A stretch of 64,000 bases of DNA from the human T2T-CHM13v2.0 reference genome, Homo sapiens. Position 1 is the stretch's first letter; each line of letters opens with the position of its first letter. The notes under the pieces were generated by a model. That model searched no databases, was not told the DNA's origin, and was given only the letters and a program-made list of their open reading frames with translations. Made by a program: the position numbers and the translations under genes. Shown one piece after another: positions 42,781 through 55,829 of the stretch. The DNA lies in assembly GCF_009914755.1 (NCBI RefSeq), contig NC_060931.1. One strand, written 5' to 3'.

Positions 42781-44143
42781 AAGAAAAAAAGACCCTTTCC
42801 CTTCATCTCAATTAAAGTTAAGTGCCTGACCCATGACTCATGTCGTCTTGACCAGCTTCACACCTTCCATGTTGCCAAATGCCTGGTGCTACATGATTGC
42901 CTATAGGAGGGGTTTTCAACAGCAGTCTTCTCCAAATACACTTTTCCATTAACAAAAGAAATATCTTTGTGGGTTTCTTAGGTACTCGCAGAAATAGCTA
43001 CTAGTTCACTAGTAGCTAGAAGCATCTGATCTGTCTGCCTCAAAGCCCTCTGACAGTGAAGCATTTGTTTTTAGGCAAATAAAACGTCAGCCACCATTTA
43101 ACAGCATATGGCAACAATACGACCAGTCCCTCCCTGAGGACCATCCTCTCCCCAGAAGAGATGGTACTTGAAATAGGCGATGCTTTTGAGAGCAGAACCC
43201 TTATTTCTCCCACCCAGGCATGATGGCTGGGGAGTGGGCAGAGTGCCACGCACGGAAGGTCACAGGCAACCAGATCAAATGGGAGCCTAGAGGGTAGGCT
43301 TCCCAGCCAGGAATGACCAAAGGTTGTTCACCCTGGGCATCTGGGTCTGTGGTTAAGGGGAAGTACCATCTCTAAGCTGGCCTGGATTAGCTCCACAAAA
43401 TAGAAAACAGCCTCCACAGCCACTTAAAGACGGGTCTGGGCTAACTTGAATTGAATGTAGTGATGGTGTGCGGTGAGTGCAGGGAGACATTCCAAGCTGA
43501 ATCTCACCCTCATCTCTGTGGAATTCCCTGTGAATGGTGTAAAATAAACTGACTTCTCTTTAAATAGATGATGAAGAGGTGGAACTCTGTTTAGTGGGTC
43601 AGCTCGTGTGCAAGTGAACATGTGGCTATATGGATAAGGAGGTGGTCTGTCTTTGCAGGGGTGGCCAGTAACTGGGCCATCTGCTCAGGATTAAAAAACA
43701 AACTGTTTTCTCAGGAGCCTCTGGGCTAAGGCATCTGCTAAAAACATTGGAAACTGTCAACAGAGATGGCTTGGTCTTCGAAATATAGTCTCAAAATTTT
43801 GCTTGTCCGAACTTGGGAGGAACATATTGTGCAAATAATCAAAATGTGATGCTTGCCCTCTTAGAAATTGTGGTTCCTAACGTAACACTGTCTTTGTGTT
43901 ATGTGTGTTGGAATATTGACAGTCAGTCTTACCAGTTTTTCATCAAGCTTGTTACATATGAGCTCATCGTATTTCTGAGCCCCTGATTTGACCAACAATG
44001 TGGCCACATCAATGAAATCAATAGCCTTGTGAAAATAGAGTTCAACCGTAGCCTCAGGAAAAATTACTTTGATTAGTTAACATTATTGAAAGATCCTCAC
44101 CAACTTTATAATTATTTTCCACTTACGTAAACTACTTGATTGG

Positions 44144-44283
44144 TTTTTCTTTTTTAAATATTTTGTAGAGATGGGGTTTCACCATGTTGCTCATGCTAGT
44201 CTCGAACTCCTAGGCTCAACCAATCCTCCCACCTTGGCCTCCCAAAGTTCTGAGATTACAGGTGTGAGCCTCTGCGCCCAGCT
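44144..44283 (-). mobile_element. Free left Alu monomer (FLAM_C-like)
   Basis: Single left arm with a T-rich tail; cttgatt on both flanks. Confidence 0.85.
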
Positions 44284-45195
44284 TGATTTGAATTTTTAAA
44301 GGCCATACGTTATTTTTCAAAGTAATTCTAAGACATTAACATTTTAAGGTATAAAATAAAATAGGAAATAATTAAGACTATAAAAATATCTATACACATA
44401 TATATTCTTACAGTATAACAAGGCAAGGAAACTTTTTGTTTCCAGTTAATTTCGTTTGTCTGCATTTTATTAGTCTTCATTTAATAATGCTTTATTATAA
44501 CACTGAATAACAATATAAAATTTCAACTGCATAGGGAAGTAATGAAATTTTTAAAAATAAAATGGTGTTACTAATAATTTTTTTAGATTTTATCTCCAGA
44601 AAAATGTACTGTTAAAAATGAAGGACAAAAAAACCCCACATTTATTAGTAGTGTCAACCAATTTTTCTGAAATGTTTTTTACTTTTAACCAAATAGAGGT
44701 AATTGACAGGATGATATCATTTGCTCTTTTTATTCACAGTCAGTAAATTCTATGACAATCAGCAGCAACAGTAATGACTAGATAGGTAGCTGTGTGAACA
44801 GCAGGGGGTTGCAACAGTAAAAGGTTTCTGAGACCTTTTACTCTGAGGATTGTTGATGTAGACTTTCCAAATTAAAAGAGGAGCCCTCATTGTCCAAACT
44901 GTAGTTAAGACTATAAATATATCTATACACATATATTCTTATAGAATAACAAGGCAAGGAAACTTTTGGATGAAAAATAAAAAATTAACTCACTCATCCA
45001 AATGTTGGCCACCATTACATCAAACATCAGGGTATGTAAAGACATCTTGTGAAATGACTGAATTCTCAAGTTTACATCTAAGCAATTGAAATCTTACTAC
45101 GTTAGCATTTTTACATGAATGATAGTGCATAGTGTGGTGTACCCTGGAGACCTGTGTTGAACACAGGATATGTAAATATATCTGTATTTATTTTA

Positions 45196-45247
45196 ACATA
45201 TATGTCATGTAATACATATATGTCATGTAATACATATAACATGTAAT
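45196..45247. repeat. 18-bp tandem repeat ACATATATGTCATGTAAT, two perfect copies and one degenerate copy
   Basis: Copies at 45196-45213, 45214-45231, 45232-45247. Confidence 0.9.
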
Positions 45248-48060
45248 TAATATGTTGAGCTTAAGATATAAGTGAAATTGATGAACATAACTGTACCTCA
45301 TCTTCCAAACAGAAAATGAAAAAAAAAAGTCTAATCTTATTTATCATGGTTATATTGTAAAAATAGGTTTGCAGCAAAACAAAGTAGACTCTGGAAGCAG
45401 AACTCTGGTGCTGCAAGGTGGTGTTACTCTTTTTTAGCATTAACTTGACTTTTTATCAAATTTAAATAGAATTCTGAATTTGAGATGGGGGCTTTTGTGA
45501 CATTTAAAATTTTTTGAAATGGTTTAGTAGTCCTTTGTTGGTGGTAAGTGTTGGATGAATGAATGAATGAAGAATGAACAAATTAATGAATGAACAAATA
45601 GGTATTGGAGTTCTCACTCTATGGGGTTGGGTTCTAGTTGATTGCCAACTATGTGTTTCAGTTTTATATAAATACCTCCACTGCTGGTTTTCCTCTGGTT
45701 TAGTCTCAACAAACAGTACAAGCTTGCGGGGGGGGATATTTGCTTGGATTTAGCTGAAACACAGAAGCAATCAAGTGGTTGAATTCTGCATTTTAAAAAA
45801 TTGAATGACATTCCTTTATCCATATCGATTTGAGCTTTGGTAAATTCAATTGTCGATACCACCTGGATAATTTTAAATCTTTCTGAAGCTTTAAAAAAAA
45901 GTTTCCAACATAGCTCCAGCAACATAAGAATTTCATCAATTGAAAGCTAAGAATCATTTCTGTGGGATGTGTAAAACAAGAAGCCGACCAGCATTATTTT
46001 CTTTTTCTTTAATTCAGTATCATTATTGAGAGTTATTCTTGAACTTTATGAAAACCAGATTGGGGCATGAGCATGTTCTCCATTGAATCATGTTCAAGGA
46101 ATTGAAACTGAAAATCATTCAAAGTAGGGAAACATGACATTGAAAAATAGTCTACATTCTTTATTCTCCCTCAGAGTATCTGAGGCTGTTTCTAACTAGG
46201 AAGCCTTAGGCTGATAGGAGATCTGGGTTTGGTTTCTTGTTTTTTGTCTTGTTCTGTTTTATTTTTTTTAATAGATGTTTAGTTTACTAGTCAAAAAGAG
46301 GTCATAGGTTTTTTTTTGGGGTTTTTTTGTTACTACTTTGCTGGTGTATCAGTTATGATGTTGGATCCTCTTACTCATTTGCTCCAAAAGTTGTGATTTC
46401 TCACCATTGTCCACAGAAAAAAATTCCAAATAATGTCATTCAAGGCTTTCTGCTGTCTAGCCCAGGCAATCTCTTAGTCAGACTTCCTACTATCTGATTC
46501 TTCCATGCAATCCCCTTCCCAACCAAAAAAGACTATGAGCTGCTCACAAGTCTCATTTTGCTGCCTCTAGTCCTTTTCCTTCATTATCCTATCCTTCAGG
46601 AATGCCTGTTGCTTCTCTCCACTGTTTGAATGTTCCATATATACTTCAAGGTGTGATTCATCCTCTTCCATGAGTTCTTTCCAACCATCTCACCATTTCC
46701 AGCCTCCTCTCCCCCTCCCTAACTAAAACAAATCTTCCCCTTCCATCTATCCCCCTCACACACAGAGACACACCCACACACTCCACATGCTCCTACAATT
46801 TAGTCATAGCATGTATCACATTCAAGGCTGCTACTTGGGTGTGCAAGTTGTGCTCTGCACAAGAACATCAGGCCAAAGGGACACGTGGGGATGAAAATCC
46901 ATCTTACTCTCCATTTGCCAAGGCATGCACCTGCCCATACGACTGTGTTTCTGCAGAGGATACCTTTTTCTGTTTTCCACAAAGGCACCGTATGGACTGG
47001 TAGCCCATCTGTTCATCTGCATCCATGTTTTTTAGTTCCCTTTCCCAGAGCACAAATTTGCTGAGGGCAGTGACTACCCTTTTATTCCTACCATTCCTGG
47101 TACAGTGCCTTCCTTATACATGGTAAGTTCTCAGTGACTTCATTTAATTTAATTAAGGCATGAAATGTATTGACTAAAAACAATTAGTTTAGCTTATAAA
47201 TGCAAATATGAAAAGTACCGTAGGAATCAAAATGGTCTTAGCAGATGCAAAACAGTTACTTCTCTGACTTTAAGTGCATTATGGTTCTATCTCAGCTAAG
47301 TAATTTCCTACAAAATGTACTGCCCAGTAGTCTTTTATGGAGCTTCAGAAACCACATTTGTGACAGACTATGACAGACCATGGCAGAGCTGGACTGAGAT
47401 CCATTTCTGGTTGTTTGTTAAAATAGGCAAGGAATAACATTAAGAATTTTCTGAAGTGGGCAGAATTAAGATCAGGAAGAATGCCCATGGGAGGTGAGGG
47501 AATTTTAGGAGGAGCCAATTGGATCAGTCTGAGGTCAGTATACTTCCTGGAAGTCTACATTAAGGGAAAAAGAAAAAGAAGACCTCATCTTAAAGGCCTT
47601 GAATCTAGAATTACTCTGCCTTTACCAACACTGCAAATTGTGTAACTTGATGTGGCCATGCTCTCAAAGTAAAGAATTGCTTAGTAAAGGCTTTAGTGGA
47701 GAATTAATATTAGTTCTGTTGCAATTCTATGTGACAAATGGGAAATGTCCATAAAGCAAGATTTACAGACCACAAAACAATGATGTACTTAAGATAGGTT
47801 TCATACCTATTTGATAAAATGGACAGGACTTCAAATTTCAGATTTCAAGCAGTAACCATTGGTCAGCCTCTCCAAAGAAAGTCCTGTGCCTATGTACAAA
47901 ATTTCTTAGTAACTATGCACTTTTACAGTCCCAGCTTTAAATTATTTTTTTGTTTTCCAGGATGTGTTGAGTTTATGTGATGAACTGTTTTCAGGAAGAA
48001 ACAAGTCACCTACAACCATTTCACATTGCATCTCTCTCTCTCTCTCCTTTTCCCTGACAG

Positions 48061-48207
48061 TCCTCTGTGATGTCGGTCTGCTTCGCCCGTTTCCATCCTA
48101 ACTTGGTGGTTGGTGGGACTTACTCGGGCCAGATTGTCCTCTGGGACAATCGCAGTCATCGAAGGACTCCAGTGCAGCGGACACCCTTATCAGCTGCTGC
48201 ACACACG
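48061..48207 (+). CDS. DYNC1I1: DYNC1I1 coding exon (probably exon 11), 147 nt, phase 0-0
   Basis: (tc)n pyrimidine tract then gacAG at 48059-48060; [49 protein letters not shown] (WD repeat, IVLWD); donor GTAATG at 48208. Confidence 0.97.
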
Positions 48208-49519
48208 GTAATGCAAACTTTTGCCATATCCCTGTGAGCCGCCAGGCCCTGAAAGAGAAAATAACTCTACTCAAAAAAGTATGGATGTTTTCAGTAATGC
48301 CAAGTTAGGAGGATCTACTTTATTATGATTGAATCCTGACCAGCTAAAAGTTGAGTGAAAAGTAGATGAAGGAAGCACTGGCTTTAGGGATGTCTCTTAA
48401 TAACCTACATGTGCTAGCATGTAGGGAGGATCTCCTTGGCTCTCCCAAAGGCCACCAGTGAAGAGAAACCTTGGAAGAGGCATCTGTGGAATTGTTTTCC
48501 CAAAGAAACCCTATGCATTTACATTATAAGGTGGAAACACGTATTTTCAAATAGATCCTGAAGAGTAAGGATTTCACATCAAGGGATGATATATGGGACT
48601 TTTGCCAACTGGCCTTTTCCATGTGTGATTTGAGAGAGTACTTTGACTTTAAATTCTGGAATGTGTGGTGTAAGTCTCAACATAAAGTCTACAGTGACAA
48701 TATAATCCCTGGGGTTAAAAGTCAACATCTCAAAACCATTACCCATAATTTAGTAGAAGAGGTTCAGTATAGTGTTCATAAGACAACTACTCTGTCATTT
48801 CCTTTAAGAGAATGACAGGTGTGTACAGCAATTGTTCAGAGGAATGAGAAGACAGGCGTGTCTCTATCAATCCTTGCTACCTTGACACTCAGGGTAACTG
48901 ATGTTCTTTCTCTGAAATGCCCAAATTATGCCCAAGGATACAGCTTTACTCTTGTTTTCAATTTCCTTAATGTGCTTGCTGCATTTGTTTCATATGCTGG
49001 ACTCAAAAGCACTCTGGCATGAAAAAGGACTGCCAGCTGTTTAGCTAAGTCCATGAGGAGGAAAAATCTCCTACTCTTGTAAGATTATCAATGGGAAATG
49101 ACAAATACCAAGTCAGCCCCAATTCTGATTGACTGGGGCCAAAGACACTTGCAGGTGAAACTAGTTCTTGGGAATCTTGGGAGATTGCTCTTGCCTGCCC
49201 CATTTCCCCAAACTAATAACAGAAAATTGTGGCCCAGGAGAAGGTGGGCTTGATGCAGGTGTTTGGTGAAGTAGTGTGAAACCATGCCTTGGCCCTGTTT
49301 GGATGGCTGGTGTATTTCTGAACATACCTTCTGAAATTTCCAAAATTGTAAATCCAAATGTTAGAACATTTAGCAGTAAGCTTTTGGGGAAAATTCAAAA
49401 CCAGGAGCTCTTCCAAAAAATTAACATTTCTTTTGTGAGTAACTTAGAGTGTGATCATCACAACTAAAATACTATTATTATCAAACTTACTGATGTTATT
49501 TCTGTTAGAAAATAAAATA

Positions 49520-49832
49520 GGCCAGGCATGGTGGCTCACACCTCTAATGCCAGCATTTTGGGAGGCCAAGACAGGTGGATCACTTGAGGGGTTCGAGACC
49601 AGGCTGGCCAACATGGAGAAACGCTGTCTCTACTAAAAATACAAAAAGTAGCTGGGTGTGGTGGTGCACGCCTGTAATCCTAGCTTCTTGGGAGGCTAAG
49701 GCATAAGAATCGCTTGAAACCAGGAGGCAGAGGTAGGAGTGTGCCAAGATTTTACCACTGCACTGCAGCCTGGGCAACAGAGGGAGACTTCCTCTAAAAA
49801 AAAAAAAAGAAAGAAAAAGAAAGGAAAAAGAA
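49520..49832 (+). mobile_element. AluS
   Basis: Full dimer with A-rich tail; ~6-nt deletion at cacttgagg|ggttcgag. Confidence 0.94.
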
Positions 49833-50215
49833 ACAAAACTTGTCCACTTTTCGCTTTTGCTGTTTTGTTGTTGTTGTTGTTGTTGTTTTGGTTTTTTTCA
49901 GGGGGATTTTGTTTGTTTGTTTTCTCTAATCTATAGCTAAAAGTGAACAGTTAATTTTGTGACTGTCTTTCAACTTTCACTATTGGCTGACTGATTGGTA
50001 CCAGGATCAAAAAGGAAAAAGAGGCCCACCACAGATTACTCACTAATTTCCTTTCACACCCACCACACATATGCATTTGAGACAACAGGAAATCATAAGT
50101 AAAACAAAATCCCTCAGGCACACAGTAAGTTTATTTCCAAGATAAATAAAAACAATCTGGCATCTATACTGGAAAAATGGGTATACTGTAGCTTTCTTCT
50201 TCCTTAATGGTAGAG

Positions 50216-50216
<1 letters not shown>

Positions 50217-50247
<31 letters not shown>
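50217..50247. repeat. (TG)15 microsatellite
   Basis: Perfect run, followed directly by AG. Confidence 0.97.
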
Positions 50248-50249
<2 letters not shown>

Positions 50250-52536
50250 GCATGCTCCAGTGTCTGCTTCTGTTTTGGTTTCATTACACCTCTTTTTTCT
50301 CTTAAACTAAGTTTTATTACTCATGGAAGCACAGGCCAGTAGTGCTGATTAAAGCCTGGGAGGGGCTGCCACACACACTTTCTCCGGGCACATGGCTCTA
50401 CACATTCTTCTAGACTTGCTTTCTTTCTCTGCTGGACTTTTCTGAGTCTTAATCCATTAGTGTTTAATGATTTGTGTTGATGCTCAGTGGTTATCAAAGA
50501 AGCCCCACTGGACTCTTGTTGAAAAACAAGATGGATTTCAGGTTCATAACAGTATTTGGACCCTGCCTTCCCATTCTTCAGTTTTACTAAGTCTATACCA
50601 TTTTCAGGTGAAAATTTGTTACATCCAATCTTCCATTTGATTTCCACACAGAGGTTAGCATGCTGTGTGGCTCCGGGCTTGATAATACACTGCCTGGGGC
50701 TCTACATACACCAGAGACTTGGGAAAGAGCATTGCCTACAATCCCACAACCAGTCAGCCTTCCTGATACTTAGAGAACTGATTGGGATAACATTTAGCTT
50801 CAGATCTCTGCTGTACTTACTATGTGCAGATCCACTAAGGCTGACTCATTTGGAAGTTTCAGTAGGGACATGGTGTGAAAGACATAGGGACTTAGCTGAC
50901 TGTCCATCAGCACGGGGGAAAGAGGTGATATAATTGTCAAAAAAGCAGATGTAATCTTAGCATGCATTAAATGCAGGCATATTTTTTATCACATGAGAAG
51001 TGATAATTCAATGCTACCCAGGTTTCTATATTCTGCTGGTCAGAATATAGGTAGACAGTTCTGTTTTATTCTCAGAACCTCACTGGAAGAGGAATCAGAC
51101 AAAATACAGCATTTTCAAAAGAGATTCACCAGGATAGGAAAGGTTTTGAAAACCAGGTACCCAAGGAACAGATGAAGGAATTAGTGACAGTCTGGGTAAG
51201 AAAAGATTTGGCAGGGAGAGGAGTAACAGGGAACAACTATCTATAAATATTCAAAAAGCTGTACTGTTTTGACTTGATTAGTTTGGTTTGGTCCCACAGG
51301 GCACTGCACTGGAAGTATCTCCTTGAACTTTCTTTATCCCCATTAGTGGAAGAAAAAACTCCCCCAGGATACTACGAAAACTGGCTGCCCTTTAAGGAAG
51401 GTGTTTAAGCAGAGTTTGGACCACCTCTTGGTTGAGGCAGATGAGTAGCTACATTAGATGATTATTACCACTCCTTCTGACCAGCAGTTTATATGATAAT
51501 AATAGTTTGGGAACCATCCTTTATACAATAGCAACTTTCCAATATTAAATATTGTTTCATTGTAGTTGTGGCTAGGTATTATGGACAGTAACTCACCAAG
51601 GGTAAGACTGATACTGTCAGCTATTTGCACAAAGAAGCACCAAGTAAGTGTGGTTTGGCCACTGGTGGCTGAACTGCCTGAAATCTAACCCAAATTGCTG
51701 TAGGTTCTGCTCATAGTAACCTTCCATTTTGTGTTTAATACACAGCTGCAAATGATTTTAGCCTACCGTTTAGAATTCTGCAGAGTGGGATAACCCACTA
51801 GAGTATGACAGAGGGTTACAACATCTTGTGTATGGTTCCTGGGATGTATAAATGACCTTTCTCAATGCCCTGGCCAAATCTAAGCCTCTATACTACTGCA
51901 AACGGTATTTTGAAAAATAAATATATTATTATCCTAGATTTTGCAGTAACATAGAAGAACCTAATTTTATCTCACCAGGTACATTGTGCCAATAATCTCA
52001 CCACTAGTATCTCTCCCCCAGATTAAAATGGTTATGAATATTAACCACTTTTTATAAAGAATGTTAACAAATGTTTGGCATTGTGACTATAATGCATTAA
52101 ACTCCAGATTTAGTAACATGTATTCCTTCCAAAAGTCAGTAGTTCTACCCTTTTGAAGACTGTCTTTTTCCATCACTCTTGTTGAGCTTAGAAGCCAAAC
52201 TATGCGGTGGAGACTTATTCAAGTAGTTCAAATTCACCTCCCTGCATTGCCTCTGCCCCATCAAACCTCATTTGTTCTAGCGTCCTTCTGTTCCACTGCA
52301 TTGCATTCTGACTGAGCAAGGTGAAGCTTTATAAGTATTTCCACTATTATGTGTTGCTGCCAGAGCTTTTAGAAAGAAATCAGGTTCAAATCAAAAGCGG
52401 CAAATGACCTGACGCTTGTATTATAGTAGGATTATGTTACTCTTTAATCCTTGTTTTAGAGTAATGTGTTTGACACTCAAATGTAAGCATTTCCTCTTGG
52501 ATCTGTCTCTGATCCTCTTTGTTTATGTTTTTGCAG

Positions 52537-52650
52537 CATCCCGTGTACTGTGTAAATGTTGTTGGGACCCAGAATGCTCATAACCTCATCACTGTCTCCA
52601 CTGATGGCAAAATGTGTTCCTGGAGCCTGGACATGCTCTCAACTCCACAG
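52537..52650 (+). CDS. DYNC1I1: DYNC1I1 coding exon (probably exon 12), 114 nt, phase 0-0
   Basis: tttttgcAG at 52535-52536; [38 protein letters not shown]; donor GTGGGT at 52651. Confidence 0.97.
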
Positions 52651-53597
52651 GTGGGTTTGTTTTTCCCTACACATAACACCATCCTGGTTAAAAGAGATAC
52701 CTACTTAATGGAACATAGTTCCTAAAAGCCAAACCCTCACATCCTAGAGGAGCTAAAACAAATGGATGCACTTGAAAGAGTGGGGCCTGCTTTCAGCAAT
52801 CTTCTCTTGAAGCCAAAACCCATTTCCTTTACCACAAATCATGTAATTATTGTAATACATTAATCCTTAGGTCAGTTTCAAGTGAAAATGAAATAATCCA
52901 TTCTAAATCATAGTAATTATGGAAGTTGCCTATGGTATGAATTGCACTTACCCTACAGCATTGTTGAACAGATGCAGACGAGGTTGGAGCTCAGCAGAGC
53001 AATCCCTTATGGGTACTTGCATTGGAGGGAAGGTAACCCAGCAAAACAGAAATCCAAGCCCTTGCTTGTATCCGTAGCCTAGACAACAGCCTGTGTGTAT
53101 GAAGAAACCATCTGTTTTCCCCTCTGGAATGTTTTTTAGTATGGCTCCTGTCATTCCTTGCTCAGTAAATGAGAAGTCAAAAATGAAAAAGTTCCAAAGT
53201 CTGCAAACCAATACTGATTGCAACAGTGGGGACCAAACAAAGGAATAGAAGTGGGAGAGGCTGTCAAAGGGAGACAACTAAATGCAACTTGCAAGATATG
53301 CATATGTAGACAAACACACAAGACATGCGCATACACACATGAACACATACACACACGCTTTTTCCATATTTCTTTGTGTGAAAAAACAGTATTCACTATC
53401 CTCCAACCAAAAACAACAGAGAAGTCATTGTTATAGACTTTGACAAAAATGTAAGGAAACATGGAGAAAACTGCAAAACAATATCTAGGAGATAATTCTC
53501 AATGTTAACATTCCCATATTCTTTCCCAGGATAAAAACCCTAGAATGTCTCTCACACAATTTTAGAAGAAGTTAAAGTTTCAAAATGTACATAAGGA

Positions 53598-53908
53598 GAC
53601 AGGGCACGGTGGCTCACACTTGTAATCCCAGCACTTTGGGAGGCCGAGGTGAGAGAATCATTTAAGCCTAGGAGTTCAAGACCAGCCTAGGCAACAGAGC
53701 AAGACCCTTTTTCTACTAAAACTTAAAAAGTTAGCTGGGTGTGCTAGCACATGTCTGTAGTCCATGTTCCTTGGGAGGCTCAGGCAGGAGGATTGCTTAA
53801 GCCCAGGAGTTCGAGGTTGCAGTGAACTATTATCACACCACTGCACTCCAGTCTGGGTGACGGAGTGAGACTTTGTCTCTTGAAAAAAATAATTATTATT
53901 ATTATTAT
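53598..53908 (+). mobile_element. AluJ with tail decayed to (ATT)n, followed by a CA-rich run
   Basis: aagcctaggagttcaagaccagcctagg, ggaggattgcttaagcccagg. Confidence 0.93.
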
Positions 53909-55488
53909 ACACACACACATGCACACACACAAAAGGAAATATGGAAACTGTGAAGAACCAACCTCCTTTAAGCCTCCACAAAATACGGATGTAAAGAATA
54001 CTAAGTTTTTTTAAAATAATTTTAGGGAGAAAAAGGAGAGAGTGCTAATAAGCTGCTTACAATTGAAGTTCCACTATTTTCGCTGATCTTTAACATTATA
54101 GAGGGCTGGAGGGATTGGTATTTTATGGCTTTGTCTTAAAATTCTCAGCAATGTTTTGTTTTCTTTTAAAAGCCTGAAGATTATAAACAGACATAAGAGC
54201 AAGCCCACTATTTAGGAATTTTTAATTGCCCATTTTGCTCATTACACATATTTATTTAGGTTAAAACCAGTAATATGGTGGCTCTAAGTCCGTTTGTATT
54301 AGTTTTAGCATGCTCACAGACTCCTGTGTCTATACAAAGATGGAGGATTTCGTGACATGGCTTCCATGGATGGCAGGGAGGAATAGGGGCATCCAACAGT
54401 TGGCCTGGTCTTTCTCTCTCCCAAATGGGTAAAGGGACTTTTCCTTCCTTGCTGCTAATTTTAGTGATGAAGCAGATCATTGGATGATCCAGTTATCTGT
54501 ATGACATAGTCACAGCATCCTCTCCTTTATCCCAGTTGCTGATGTGCACCCTATGTGTGGATATCACAAACTTTGAACACATCACAGGATCAGAATCAGT
54601 CTGTGTTGCTTAGACTGTTAGCTTGCACTTTCAATTTAATGGACTCCTTGGCTGAAATAGTTTATTTGCACAAGAAAGACTAAACTCTCAAGCAACTATA
54701 ATGATATGATACCTCAGAATGATTTTTTAAAAATTATTTCAGATGCACAAAATAGGCTATTTGATGTAAATAGCCAGAAATACTCAGGGATATTAGTTAT
54801 AATTGATTATTCTTTTCTGTCATTAAACTTAACTCAGCAGTATATCTTTTAAGATTAGGAATCTTTAATTCTCAATTTTAAAAAATCATATTATAAAATA
54901 AAGACTCCCATTTGCTATTTTAAAGACGTATTTAAATATTGTTCTTTTCAGGCTTATAGCCTATTCACCCAATGGCTGCCCTGCATGAAATCTAGTCCCT
55001 GTTGAAATCTGGTTTTTATGACCTGAGTGACAACTTTCTGGTTTTAGTCCATGGAGGACACATACTCCTGCTTTGACAAATTTGCTTAGTACATCTGATA
55101 TTAATACATGTGTATTCTCACAAACAATTGATTTTGAAAATGTTTGTAAATACAAGGGTATTGTGTGTTTTATTAAAGCTTGGAGCTGACAAGTGTAACC
55201 ATTATTATCTTTAGTTTCTGCACCATTAGTTTCAAAATTCTCACCTGTCATCTTTGCCTGACTTAAGAAGCAGCAGCACATGCTGATGAAATCCAGCCGG
55301 CTTGAAACCAGAGATCCACAGAAGCATGAATGTCAGGGGCAGTAAAGCATGGTTTCTGGCACAGCCGGGGTCTTTTGTAACGCTGTGTGAAAAGCAAACA
55401 CATGATTTAGCCAAATGATTTTTCCGTGCTATCTTTGGCATGGCAAGGAGTTGACAGATGGAAATGTAACCACACCGTGTTTTGGTAG

Positions 55489-55622
55489 GAGAGCATGGAG
55501 CTGGTGTACAATAAGTCCAAGCCTGTCGCTGTTACCGGAATGGCTTTCCCAACGGGAGACGTCAATAACTTCGTGGTTGGCAGTGAGGAAGGTACAGTCT
55601 ACACGGCTTGTCGTCATGGAAG
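55489..55622 (+). CDS. DYNC1I1: DYNC1I1 coding exon (probably exon 13), 134 nt
   Basis: ttttggtAG at 55487-55488; [44 protein letters not shown](S); donor GTGATT at 55623. Confidence 0.96.
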
Positions 55623-55829
55623 GTGATTTTTCTGTTTCTTTACTGATGACATGTTCTTCATTTCCGAAAGTCTGTTATCACATTCTGGATTTTAACCACC
55701 TTGCATTATGAGAAAGCATCTCTGGAAAAATGGAAAGCACGACTTCAACTCTTCATTATCTTAAAGAGCTGCATCTGCTCTGGTCATTAGCTGTTCATAA
55801 GACTGTGGTGGTTCACACTGCCTTGAGGG

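Noticed and set aside
50895-50918. REST half-sites CTGTCC and TCAGCAC
   Set aside because: Orientation and spacing do not match the canonical RE1
55415-55711. Alternative-frame and antisense ORFs over exon 13
   Set aside because: Short shadow frames of a coding exon with no independent support
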